DNA from: Methanobacteriota archaeon
GTDB lineage: Archaea; Thermoplasmatota; Poseidoniia; Poseidoniales; Thalassarchaeaceae
DNA: 50,739 nt
Direction of reading: 5' to 3'
Assembly: GCA_002722595.1 (NCBI GenBank)
Contig: PBMO01000046.1
Location: 1-50,739, forward strand
Shown here: positions 8,965-19,178 of the stretch, piece after piece
Numbering within the stretch: the first letter of the stretch is position 1
Layout of the letters: each line of letters begins with the position of its first letter
Made by a program: the position numbers and the translations under genes
The notes under the pieces: model-generated
The model's database searches: none
What the model was told of the DNA's origin: nothing
Seen by the model: only the letters and a program-made list of their open reading frames with translations

Positions 8965-9555
8965 TCAAACTTCGTAATTGATGAGATTGACATCAGTTAG
9001 TTGGAATGCGATGAACATTAGGAATATGAATACACCAATTCCCTTGTGATATTTACCCGATTCGGTGAAGGCAGCACCAAGGGCAACAAATCCAACGATC
9101 GTCGGCATGATTGTCATTGGCCCAATCATTGGTTCTCCGAAGAGTGAATAATTGACTGCAACTGAACTAAAGAGGGAAAATGCAACAATGGAGAAAAATG
9201 CCTTGTGAACCGAAAAGTAATGTTTCTCCAAGTCGATGGTGCCCTCATCTGTTGCTTTAGGTAACACTAGAGTTGTGAAGAAATATATGGATGAAAGATT
9301 GATTACAAGAAACCAGTATTGGGCATAATTCCACGATTCCATATTGATGGAAAGGCTCCACAGGCCCCACCAAGCATAAATCGCCCACATAGTCACAGTG
9401 ACTACCCATAGGGAATTGAGCCAATATGTCTTGACTCGGTCACGAATTTCGTACAGATCAGACACTGCACGGAAAATGTGTGTTAGGGCTAACCCAAGTA
9501 TAAGAGAGCAAAAAATAGTGACAAACTCGAATGGGGACATCTGCATTGTAATCAA
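8965..9555 (-). CDS. Polytopic membrane protein, unknown function
   Basis: The 196-aa ORF has about 6 hydrophobic helices and no recognised motif. Confidence 0.6.
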   Translation of the reverse strand: MITMQMSPFEFVTIFCSLILGLALTHIFRAVSDLYEIRDRVKTYWLNSLWVVTVTMWAIYAWWGLWSLSINMESWNYAQYWFLVINLSSIYFFTTLVLPKATDEGTIDLEKHYFSVHKAFFSIVAFSLFSSVAVNYSLFGEPMIGPMTIMPTIVGFVALGAAFTESGKYHKGIGVFIFLMFIAFQLTDVNLINYEV

Positions 9556-9609
9556 ACTATTAATGCTATAGGCATCATATAATCATTATATGATTTTCAC
9601 AGCAATCAT

Positions 9610-9909
9610 TTAGAAAAGAAATCCTAGCTTGAAGACCCAATCAATCATCAAAACCCAAAATACCGGTACTGAAGCAGTTGCTTGCCAACCGAATTTTTCG
9701 TGCATTATGATGTCTTTTCCAAGTATTGAGCCTATTGTATAGGAGATGATCATAAATATGCCAATTACAAGATTACCACTTGTTGTACCCATTCCAAATT
9801 CATTCGAATACAACATCGCAAAAATACCAGTTAAAGCATACAGGGTAATTAGTGCAACAAGTGGTTTCACCCACCAATTCTTGGGTTTGATGATTTCACC
9901 CATATTCAT
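9610..9909 (-). CDS. Small membrane protein (about 3 TM)
   Basis: 99-aa hydrophobic ORF, co-directional with the neighbouring membrane protein. Confidence 0.5.
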   Translation of the reverse strand: MNMGEIIKPKNWWVKPLVALITLYALTGIFAMLYSNEFGMGTTSGNLVIGIFMIISYTIGSILGKDIIMHEKFGWQATASVPVFWVLMIDWVFKLGFLF

Positions 9910-9972
9910 ACCTCTACGTTCTTCCCACCTCGCTAGGCATTGTTTGCCTGGAATGGCCTATTCGCTGTGACT

Positions 9973-10986
9973 TCAGTTGTAGGCAGATTTCGTTGTACTA
10001 ATTACAACTGCTCCAATTTTGTATGGGTCACCATTCGATGCAGGTCGCCTATCCTCAAGTCTACCTTTCCAACCATCTTCGATAGTTCCGATTGGGATTC
10101 TAATAGATGCGCCTCTGTCAGATACACCATAAGAGAATTGATCGATTGATTGAGTCTCATGCAAACCTGTAAGCCGCATCTCATTATGTGCACCATAAAC
10201 AGACATGTGTGCTTCAATATTTTTACCAAAGGCTTCGCAAATACTGGTGAAAAGAGCCTCACCACCTTCATCTCTCATTCTGCCATCACTAAAGTTAACG
10301 TGCATTCCAGATCCATTCCAATCTCCAGTGATAGGCTTAGGGTGGTATTCAATGTAATAGCCATACTTCTCAGTCAATCTATCTAATAGATATCGTGCGA
10401 CCCATAGCTCATCACCAGCTTGCTTCGCGCCCTTAGCAAAAATCTGAAATTCCCATTGGCCACATGCTACTTCTTGGTTTATCCCCTCAAAATTAATTCC
10501 TGCATCAAGGCATAAATCAGCATGCTCTTCGACTAAGTCTCTGCCATGCGTGTTCCTACCTCCGACTGAACAGTAGTAAAGTCCCTGAGGGCCAGGATAA
10601 CCACCAACTGGGAAGCCTAACGGAAGTTGTGTATCAACATCCATGATGAAATACTCTTGCTCATAACCAAACCAAAAATCATCATCATCTTCTGTTATCG
10701 TCGCCCTTCCATTACTTGGATGGGGTGTACCATCTGCATTCAAAACTTCACACATTACGAGGAAACCATCGAGTCGCTGAGGGTCTGGGTAAATTGCAAC
10801 AGGTTTCAGTAGACAATCGGAATCGCCCCCTTCTGCTTGTTTTGTGGATGAACCATCAAAAGACCACATGGGACAATCCCCTATATCTCCTGAGAAATTT
10901 TTCTTGATCAATGTCTTGCTTCGCATATTCTGTGTCGGTTCGTAACCGTCCAGCCATATGTATTCCAGTTTGGCGTGTGTTATCAT
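9973..10986 (-). CDS. glnA: Glutamine synthetase, type II (eukaryote/Streptomyces GlnII-like, 337 aa)
   Basis: The N-terminus KLEYIWLDGYEPTQNMRSKT, then FDGSSTKQAEGGDSDCLLKP and the catalytic CGQWEFQIF all match GSII. The length is that of GSII rather than the roughly 445-aa GSI. Confidence 0.88.
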   Translation of the reverse strand: MITHAKLEYIWLDGYEPTQNMRSKTLIKKNFSGDIGDCPMWSFDGSSTKQAEGGDSDCLLKPVAIYPDPQRLDGFLVMCEVLNADGTPHPSNGRATITEDDDDFWFGYEQEYFIMDVDTQLPLGFPVGGYPGPQGLYYCSVGGRNTHGRDLVEEHADLCLDAGINFEGINQEVACGQWEFQIFAKGAKQAGDELWVARYLLDRLTEKYGYYIEYHPKPITGDWNGSGMHVNFSDGRMRDEGGEALFTSICEAFGKNIEAHMSVYGAHNEMRLTGLHETQSIDQFSYGVSDRGASIRIPIGTIEDGWKGRLEDRRPASNGDPYKIGAVVISTTKSAYN

Positions 10987-11086
10987 AAATACCGAACCAC
11001 CCGCTGTCGAGACAGTATATTATTTGTCGTATTGAACATTTACTGGGCAATAAATTGGTTAATAGTTTACATTTTCAAGTGTTCAT

Positions 11087-11100
11087 TGCTCAATTGAGCA
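11087..11100. promoter_or_regulatory. Perfect 14-bp palindrome TGCTCAATTGAGCA in the glnA/gdhA divergent intergenic region
   Basis: Seen directly. Further GAGCA/TGCT half-sites lie at 11161-11178 (GAGCAAATGAGCAGTGCT). This is a candidate operator for a nitrogen regulator. Confidence 0.3.
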
Positions 11101-11253
11101 CAAAATAGCCCAATCAACACTAAAAATAAAATCATTCCACCATTATTCTCTGTCAATTTAGAGCAAATGAGCAGTGCTATTTTTTTGTAAAAACAGCGTT
11201 TACATATCATGTATCAAAATGTAGTGTATGAGTTTTTACTTGCGGACCTTTGA

Positions 11254-12681
<1,428 letters not shown>

Positions 12682-12725
12682 TTAAATCCCGATTACGTCG
12701 AGGAAAATCGTGAATACAAGAAAGC

Positions 12726-12974
12726 CTATATTGCAGTCGGAGCGACATGATCGTCGTCTTTATCATCGGGGTCACGTACACGATTCCAAACACCAGACAT
12801 TAGTTCTGCATGATGCTTTTCACAGTAGTGGAATCGCCGATATGCCTCCCTGAATGAGTATGCTTTTTTTCCCGTGGCAACCAAATACCCTTCTGGAGAT
12901 AAACGAGAAATGGTTGTCCCATCAGAATCACATCCAGGATAATCGCATCTGGGGTTAGGCTTTACTGAAATCAT
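12726..12974 (-). CDS. Small Cys/His-rich (putative zinc-binding) protein, last gene of the carboxylase operon
   Basis: Contains CDYPGC ... HYCEKHH and starts 14 nt downstream of the BCCP gene on the same strand. Confidence 0.45.
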   Translation of the reverse strand: MISVKPNPRCDYPGCDSDGTTISRLSPEGYLVATGKKAYSFREAYRRFHYCEKHHAELMSGVWNRVRDPDDKDDDHVAPTAI

Positions 12975-12988
12975 CTCACATCCAAATT

Positions 12989-13393
12989 TTAGTCCTCATT
13001 TTCGTCAATAGGGTCGATTACAACTAGAGGCACATTTGCTTCAACACTCATTCCATCTTCGCAGGAGACTTTACTCACGATACCTGTTATTGGTGCCGCA
13101 ACTTCGTTTTGCATTTTCATCGCCTCAAGAATAAGTATTGTTTGACCTTCTTGTACCTTATCACCAACCCGAACCTCTACAGTTACAACTTTTCCAGGCA
13201 TACTTGCGCTTACAGTACCACTTCGCTTTCGCTTTCCCCCACTACCTCTTTTACGAGGGGCGTTGTTTTTTGCATCTGGTATCGAAAAAGAGAAAGTTTG
13301 TCCATCAATGGTTGCGAGGTATTTGTCTCCATCAGTTTCAATTTCAACAGAGAATTCTTCTCCATCTATGATGACTGTGCGAATATCTGTCAA
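12989..13393 (-). CDS. Biotin carboxyl carrier protein (biotinyl domain subunit of an acyl-CoA carboxylase/decarboxylase)
   Basis: The biotinylation motif LEAMKMQNEV sits in a C-terminal biotinyl/lipoyl fold, after a Pro/Lys/Gly linker. Confidence 0.85.
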   Translation of the reverse strand: MTDIRTVIIDGEEFSVEIETDGDKYLATIDGQTFSFSIPDAKNNAPRKRGSGGKRKRSGTVSASMPGKVVTVEVRVGDKVQEGQTILILEAMKMQNEVAAPITGIVSKVSCEDGMSVEANVPLVVIDPIDENED

Positions 13394-13397
13394 TTAT

Positions 13398-13676
13398 TCA
13401 CCTCCATGTCGAGCGTTTTTGCCTTTCCTTCATTAATCCAGTATACCCCATTCTCACACGTCTGTGATCTTGGCTCCAATCGGATCCAAGTTGTCGACCA
13501 ATTACAGATCTTTCATCAGTTTCTTTTAGCATCGATAAAACAGCGACAAGAGCAGCGGCTCTAAGAACAGCAGTTTGGGATGATTTAGGGATTTCAGTGA
13601 CCTCCTCCATCTCTGTTTCTAGATCCCTTGCAGAACGGAGTAAATCCTCAAGTGACTCTGCATATGAATCTGTCAA
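13398..13676 (-). CDS. Small operon protein, possibly an acyl-CoA carboxylase epsilon-like or decarboxylase delta-like subunit
   Basis: The 92-aa ORF lies between the carboxyltransferase and BCCP genes (gaps of 9 and 4 nt). The central AVLRAAALVAVLSML resembles ACC-epsilon segments, but this recall is weak. Confidence 0.4.
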   Translation of the reverse strand: MTDSYAESLEDLLRSARDLETEMEEVTEIPKSSQTAVLRAAALVAVLSMLKETDERSVIGRQLGSDWSQDHRRVRMGYTGLMKERQKRSTWR

Positions 13677-13685
13677 TAAATCACC

Positions 13686-15239
13686 TCATAGTGGAATATT
13701 TCCGTGCTTTCTAGCAGGTCTTGTTTCTTCTTTGTCGATTAGCATCCCGAGTGCTTTAATTAGTCGAATACGTGTATCACTTGGTTCAATCACGTCATCA
13801 ATGTAACCCATTGATGCAGCCTGATATGGATTTGCAAATCGCTCAGTATATTCGTCAACGAGTCGCTGGCGTTCTTGTTCTGGATTGCCTGCAGATTGGA
13901 TACGTTTCCTGTGTATAATTTGTACAGCCCCATCTGCTCCCATGACCGCAAGTTCTGCTGTTGGCCATGCCACATTATAGTCAGAACGAATGTGTTTCGA
14001 ACACATCACATCATAGGCACCACCATACGCTTTCCGCATTATCACAGTCATTTTAGGGACTGTAGCTTCTGAATATGCGTATAACAATTTGGCACCGTGT
14101 CGAATTATCCCTCCCCATTCTTGATTCGCACCAGGCAAGAATCCAGGTACATCAACCAGTGTAACAATTGGAATTCCAAATGCGTCACAAAAGCGGACAA
14201 ACCTGGCTGCCTTTGTTGATGCATCGATATCTAGGCAGCCTGCTAAGAAATTTGGTTGATTTGCAACAATTCCAATTGTTATACCATCCATTCTTCCAAA
14301 TCCTACAACAATATTTTTCGCAAATTCTGATTGAACTTCTAAGAAGGCCCCTGAATCCATTATTTCACAAATCACATCATTGACATCATATGGTTTGTTG
14401 GGGTCATCGGGAACAATTGAGTCTAGAGCCTCACAAAGTCTGTCTGGTGAATCTCCCATTGATTTCCGTGGTACCTCTGATAGATTATTGGATGGCAGTA
14501 ATCCTACAAGTTCCCGAGTCAATTCGATTGCATCTTCATCACTTTCTGCTGTGAAATGAGTTACTCCTGATTTACTACCATGTGTCAGTGCACCTCCTAG
14601 GTCTTCGAAACTGACTTCCTCATTGGTCACTGTTTTGATAACTTCTGGCCCGGTGATGAACATGTGAGCGGTTTGATCAACCATGATGATGAAATCAGTT
14701 ATTGCGGGACTATATACTGCTCCACCAGCACATGGGCCCATGATTACACTGATTTGTGGTATTACACCACTAGCCCTCACATTCCGGAAGAAAATTTCAG
14801 CATACGATCCAAGGCTGGCCACACCCTCTTGGATTCGCGCTCCTCCGGAATCGTTCAAACCTATTACGGGAGTACCGGCTTTGAGTGCCATGTCTAGGAT
14901 TTTGCAAATCTTCAACCCATGCATTTCCCCCAGGCTTCCACCATATACTGTGAAGTCCTGTGCAAAACAGTGAACTGCTTTGCCATCAATAGTGCCGTGG
15001 CCACAGACTACTCCGTCTCCTGGAATCACATTTTTTTCCATTCCGAAATCTGTGCATCTATGCTCAACAAGTGCATCAATCTCTTGGAATGAACCTTCAT
15101 CAAGTAGAACTTCGATTCGTTCTCTAGCAGTCATTTTTCCGCGGTTATGCTGTGATTGAACTCTTTGAGACCCGCCCCCTGCCTCTGATTGAGCCTTACG
15201 GCGCCGCAAATCATCGAACTTCTCGTCGGCGGTCTTCAT
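13686..15239 (-). CDS. pccB: Propionyl-/methylmalonyl-CoA carboxyltransferase (PccB/MmdA family)
   Basis: Two carboxyltransferase halves with typical motifs ([29 protein letters not shown]). The start is taken at ATG 15239 (MKTADEKF...), giving about 517 aa. The listed ORF extends to 15308. Confidence 0.9.
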   Translation of the reverse strand: MKTADEKFDDLRRRKAQSEAGGGSQRVQSQHNRGKMTARERIEVLLDEGSFQEIDALVEHRCTDFGMEKNVIPGDGVVCGHGTIDGKAVHCFAQDFTVYGGSLGEMHGLKICKILDMALKAGTPVIGLNDSGGARIQEGVASLGSYAEIFFRNVRASGVIPQISVIMGPCAGGAVYSPAITDFIIMVDQTAHMFITGPEVIKTVTNEEVSFEDLGGALTHGSKSGVTHFTAESDEDAIELTRELVGLLPSNNLSEVPRKSMGDSPDRLCEALDSIVPDDPNKPYDVNDVICEIMDSGAFLEVQSEFAKNIVVGFGRMDGITIGIVANQPNFLAGCLDIDASTKAARFVRFCDAFGIPIVTLVDVPGFLPGANQEWGGIIRHGAKLLYAYSEATVPKMTVIMRKAYGGAYDVMCSKHIRSDYNVAWPTAELAVMGADGAVQIIHRKRIQSAGNPEQERQRLVDEYTERFANPYQAASMGYIDDVIEPSDTRIRLIKALGMLIDKEETRPARKHGNIPL

Positions 15240-15280
15240 TGCCCTCAGAGCCCACCTTACAGCAGCCCGCCCTTGAAGAT

Positions 15281-15297
15281 AGCCCCCTATGGGGGCT
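15281..15297. repeat. GC hairpin AGCCCCC-TAT-GGGGGCT in the divergent pccB/mutase promoter region
   Basis: Its 15-nt core GCCCCCTATGGGGGC recurs as the exact reverse complement at 44970-44984. Confidence 0.5.
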
Positions 15298-15346
15298 CCT
15301 TTTCGCATGCGTTGGGTTCAAATCCCCTTCTCCCGTCGACCTAACC

Positions 15347-15739
15347 ATGCCCGGTTCCCTTCGGATAGTGATAGCCAAGCCAGGTCTCGATGGCCATGAC
15401 CGTGGAGCGAAGGTTGTAGCTAGGGCCCTTAGAGATGCAGGTCACGAGGTAATCTATACTGGATTACGCCGGACTCCTGAACAAATCGTCCGGATCGTGA
15501 TGGATGAGGATGCACAAGTTTTGGGCCTCTCATCTTTATCTGGTGCACATGGTTTTTTGTTTCCTAGGGTTTGCGAGTTGCTCAATGAGGCAGGACTGGA
15601 TGATGTAATTGTGTTTGGAGGAGGCATTATCCCAGAGCGTGATAGAAGTGCCCTACTAGATTCCGGAGTATCTGCGATATTTGGACCCGGCACAACATCT
15701 ACAGAAATGGTAGATTTCTTGGATTCATTGGAGGTATGA
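15347..15739 (+). CDS. Methylmalonyl-CoA mutase, small B12-binding subunit
   Basis: [35 protein letters not shown] contains the DxHxxG cobalamin-binding motif. ATG 15347 gives 130 aa. Confidence 0.9.
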   Translation: MPGSLRIVIAKPGLDGHDRGAKVVARALRDAGHEVIYTGLRRTPEQIVRIVMDEDAQVLGLSSLSGAHGFLFPRVCELLNEAGLDDVIVFGGGIIPERDRSALLDSGVSAIFGPGTTSTEMVDFLDSLEV

Positions 15740-16566
15740 CAATGGAAAGGCGCGAATTGGCGCGGGCTTTGTCAAATCCTCAAGATATTTCTTGCCCACC
15801 TAGAATAAGGGAACCTTGGAGTGTCTTGGGGGTAACAGGTTCTCCAGGGGTAGGGAAATCATGTATCGTCGATAAGATTGTCAAGAGTTGGGTTGACGAA
15901 GGTGATAAAGTTGCAGTTCTTGCTATTGATCCCTCATCGCCAGTAACTGGTGGCGCTTTACTTGGAGACAGAATGCGGATGTCCTCAGTCGACGCAAACG
16001 ATTCAGTCTTCTTCCGTTCAATAGCAACTAGGAATGTACCAGGAGGAATCCCTGCAATGTTGGATAGAATGATCGACCTCCTATTTCATGAAGGATGGAG
16101 GAAAATCATAATTGAAACAGTTGGTTCTGGTCAATCAGAAGTTCGCGTTGTCGCTGTTGCAGACCGTATCTTGTTGGTCGAAGGTCCTGGGCGCGGTGAC
16201 ATCATACAGGCAGAAAAGGCAGGGATAATCGAACTTTCAGATATAATTGCCGTAAATAAATCAGATTTGCCTGGTGCTGAAAAAGTGGCACAAGAAATCA
16301 AGTTATCACTTGAAATGTCAGACACCAAACCTCCTGCAATATTGCTGTGTTCTGCCGAATCTGGGGATGGCATATCTGAACTTATTGAAACCATCAATGA
16401 CCTACCTAATGCCAAGGGTCCTTCAATCGCTAAGGCAAGGGAACGGCTTCTTTCTGCAAATCAAGAAATTCTGCTCAACCATCCAGATTTTTCCGATGTT
16501 CTCAAATCCTTGGTTGCTGACGAGATATCAATTGCAGACGCAATGGCGTTGCTTAAGGGTGCATGA
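15736..16566 (+). CDS. meaB: MeaB/ArgK-type G3E GTPase (mutase chaperone)
   Basis: P-loop [38 protein letters not shown] and NKSDL are present. The gene overlaps the mutase stop by 4 nt. Confidence 0.88.
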   Translation: MTMERRELARALSNPQDISCPPRIREPWSVLGVTGSPGVGKSCIVDKIVKSWVDEGDKVAVLAIDPSSPVTGGALLGDRMRMSSVDANDSVFFRSIATRNVPGGIPAMLDRMIDLLFHEGWRKIIIETVGSGQSEVRVVAVADRILLVEGPGRGDIIQAEKAGIIELSDIIAVNKSDLPGAEKVAQEIKLSLEMSDTKPPAILLCSAESGDGISELIETINDLPNAKGPSIAKARERLLSANQEILLNHPDFSDVLKSLVADEISIADAMALLKGA

Positions 16567-17210
16567 AAATGTCAGATTTTGAATATGAGGCAGATCATAC
16601 AAAGCACAGTATTGGTGGACGAGGAGGGCATATTTTCCGTCGTGCATTTCATATTGGGATGGCTATTATTCCTTGGGCATACTACCAATATGGAAACACA
16701 GCAGCAGATTTGGTTTCCCTCACGCCAATTCAACTAATTGCGGCCATAGGTATCATCAGTTTCATTTTCGAATTAATTCGATTGAAGGCAGGTATAGTCA
16801 TCGTAGGTCAACGAGAGTATGAGAGGTATCAATTCAGCGCAGTCGCTTGGGGTTGCCTATCAATCATGCTAACCTTCGTTGCCCTGTCACCATGGGAGGT
16901 CCCATCTGGAGCGCATGCAGGTTGGCTAACAATACCAATCATCCTTTCACTAACATTCGGTGATCCGGCAATGGGCGAAGCTCGCAGGTATAAATTCGAT
17001 AACAAGTCAGTATTTTTGATAGGTTCGTCAGTGTGTGCCCTCACTTGGATACTATGTGGCTATTTCTTTGGTACACCATACTGGCTTGCATTGATTATGG
17101 GTCCTTTGACTGCAGCATCTGAATGGCCTAAACTAAAGTGGATTGATGACAATGCGACCATGGTCCTACTCCCTCTCGCTGCAGTACTAATGTTTTCACC
17201 ATTCCTTTGA
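16563..17210 (+). CDS. Polytopic membrane protein, possibly a dolichol/polyprenol kinase or CTP-transferase family member
   Basis: About 6 TM helices. GDPAMGEARRY ... E ... DDN is spaced as in the cytidylyltransferase/dolichol-kinase family. The gene overlaps the meaB stop. Confidence 0.4.
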   Translation: MKMSDFEYEADHTKHSIGGRGGHIFRRAFHIGMAIIPWAYYQYGNTAADLVSLTPIQLIAAIGIISFIFELIRLKAGIVIVGQREYERYQFSAVAWGCLSIMLTFVALSPWEVPSGAHAGWLTIPIILSLTFGDPAMGEARRYKFDNKSVFLIGSSVCALTWILCGYFFGTPYWLALIMGPLTAASEWPKLKWIDDNATMVLLPLAAVLMFSPFL

Positions 17211-17417
17211 GAGAAACAATATCTCACGCTACGTTTACAAGGTGGGTATGAGTGGGTAGATTCATGTCCGAGGACGCTGGACCATTATCTGACGATGCCC
17301 CTAGCCAAGGATTGTACATTTTCGCATATCTTTCTTCGATGCTCGCTCTTGCAGTTGTAATGTTTCTTTATTCTTGAGTTGTAATTTAACAGTTCAATAA
17401 TTGGTTGATCGAATATC

Positions 17418-19178
17418 ATGTGTGGAATAGCAGGAATCTTCGGACCCAATGGGGACGACTGCTCTACAGTTCACAAAATGGCTAGAATTATTGGACATAG
17501 GGGTCCCAATGGGACGGCGGCTTGGTCTGAGCAGTTCAAGACTGGTGGTGTGAGTTTTGGACACACGCGTCTTTCTATTGTGGATATTGATGGCTCAAAC
17601 CAACCTCTTTTTTCCGACAATGGTTGTGTACTAATTTTCAATGGTGAAATCTACAATCATCGAGAAATTCGAAAAGTAAATTCCAGTTATAGTTTCCGCA
17701 CGAACGGCGATGGTGAGGCGATTTTAGCGGCTTATGCTAATAGGAGTGATGATATTGGATGGGTGCGCGATTTGGATGGAGTATGGGCCTTTGCATTATG
17801 GGATCCACAATTGGAAAGGCTGATTTTGTCAAGGGATAGATTTGGTGTCAAACCCTTACTGCGTAATTGTACAGAACAAGGGAATTTACTATTTGGTTCA
17901 GAAGCGAAATGTCTCAGGTTACACCCTGAATATTCTCCAGAATTGGATATTCGTGCCCTCATTGGTCGTATTGCATTTGAATACTCATTAGATGACACAA
18001 CATTGTTTGAAGATGTCCACTCTATAAGTCCCGGTACGATAGAAACATGGGATATTTCGAATGGAAAAGCCAAGCTTCAAAATCGGTCTATTTGGGCATC
18101 TGATTTCCCAATTCCATATGGAAAATGGTCGCCGAAGACACATGCAGAGTCCTTACTTGAGTCACTAACTTCTGCTGTTGCAGACCGATTGATGTCTGAT
18201 GTACCCCTCGGGATTATTTTGAGCGGGGGGCTTGATTCGGCTCTCATTGCTGCAATATCTAATGAGGCGTCTCAACGTACAGGATATCCCCTTCCTGCAT
18301 GCTGGACAGTCGCAGAATCTGAGGATAATCCTGATTGGATTGCCGCAGAGAATGTATGCCAGAGTTTAGAACTTCAACACCATCAACATTTAATCAGTGA
18401 GAATGCCTTCGAAAATTCCCTCCCAAAACTTGGCTGGCATGGCGAGGACCTTGATGTCACAGTACTCTTTTTCCAACCCCTTTTTGAAAAGATGTCCCAA
18501 TCAGTAAAAGTTGGTCTTTGTGGACAGGGGGCCGATGAACTTCATGCCGGTTATCCGCGTTACAAAAATTTGAGGAGTCATTGTGAGTTGATATCGAAGC
18601 GTCTCGACTCTTGCAAGCATCCATTTTCAGACCAAATATTGAGCGAGAATTTCATCAGCCCTGGCTGGCGGCAGGGACACAATCCCGATCTGGTGTTCGC
18701 AGATTTGGGGTCTACTTTGAATTATGAGTTGAATAATGGACAATTGACCAACTTCCAGTTGCGATTAGTAGATAGACACAGTATGGCGCATGGTCTTGAA
18801 GTAAGGGTGCCTTTTTTGGGGGAAACCCATGTAACTGCCTCTAGTCAAATACCAACTACATGGAAGTTATCAAGTGGTTCAGAAAAGTTGGGTCTAAGGG
18901 AGGCTGCACGTTTGACTAAACTTCCAATTGATATAGTGAATCGTCCTAAATTGCCTGCAGGGCGAGCAACTTCTCCAACACTAATTGATAATCTCCTTGA
19001 TGAACTGAAAGGTCACGCTCAAGAATATTCAAATGATATTCCGATGGTATCAAAGATGTTCAATGGTCAACCCGAAATATCAATTGGACTCCGATTATTC
19101 CGATCTTTACACTTGACTGATGGGGGCGTAGGTCGAGAATGTAAGGACTTACTTACACTACTAGAGGATGTGGATTAA
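17418..19178 (+). CDS. asnB: Asparagine synthetase B-like glutamine amidotransferase/adenylating enzyme
   Basis: The N-terminal nucleophile MCGIAGIFG (Ntn class II GATase) and the PP-loop SGGLDSALIAA are both present. Confidence 0.88.
   Translation: MCGIAGIFGPNGDDCSTVHKMARIIGHRGPNGTAAWSEQFKTGGVSFGHTRLSIVDIDGSNQPLFSDNGCVLIFNGEIYNHREIRKVNSSYSFRTNGDGEAILAAYANRSDDIGWVRDLDGVWAFALWDPQLERLILSRDRFGVKPLLRNCTEQGNLLFGSEAKCLRLHPEYSPELDIRALIGRIAFEYSLDDTTLFEDVHSISPGTIETWDISNGKAKLQNRSIWASDFPIPYGKWSPKTHAESLLESLTSAVADRLMSDVPLGIILSGGLDSALIAAISNEASQRTGYPLPACWTVAESEDNPDWIAAENVCQSLELQHHQHLISENAFENSLPKLGWHGEDLDVTVLFFQPLFEKMSQSVKVGLCGQGADELHAGYPRYKNLRSHCELISKRLDSCKHPFSDQILSENFISPGWRQGHNPDLVFADLGSTLNYELNNGQLTNFQLRLVDRHSMAHGLEVRVPFLGETHVTASSQIPTTWKLSSGSEKLGLREAARLTKLPIDIVNRPKLPAGRATSPTLIDNLLDELKGHAQEYSNDIPMVSKMFNGQPEISIGLRLFRSLHLTDGGVGRECKDLLTLLEDVD

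Noticed and set aside
15311-15340. tRNA-like T-arm sequence GTTGGGTTCAAATCCCC downstream of the 15281-15297 hairpin (possible tRNA or att-site fragment)
   Set aside because: The T-stem pairs only 3 bp. No acceptor-stem complement (CGGGAGA) exists upstream. The hairpin loop lacks the U33 / purine-37 pattern. No integrase or mobile genes are nearby. At most it is a decayed fragment and it cannot be supported.
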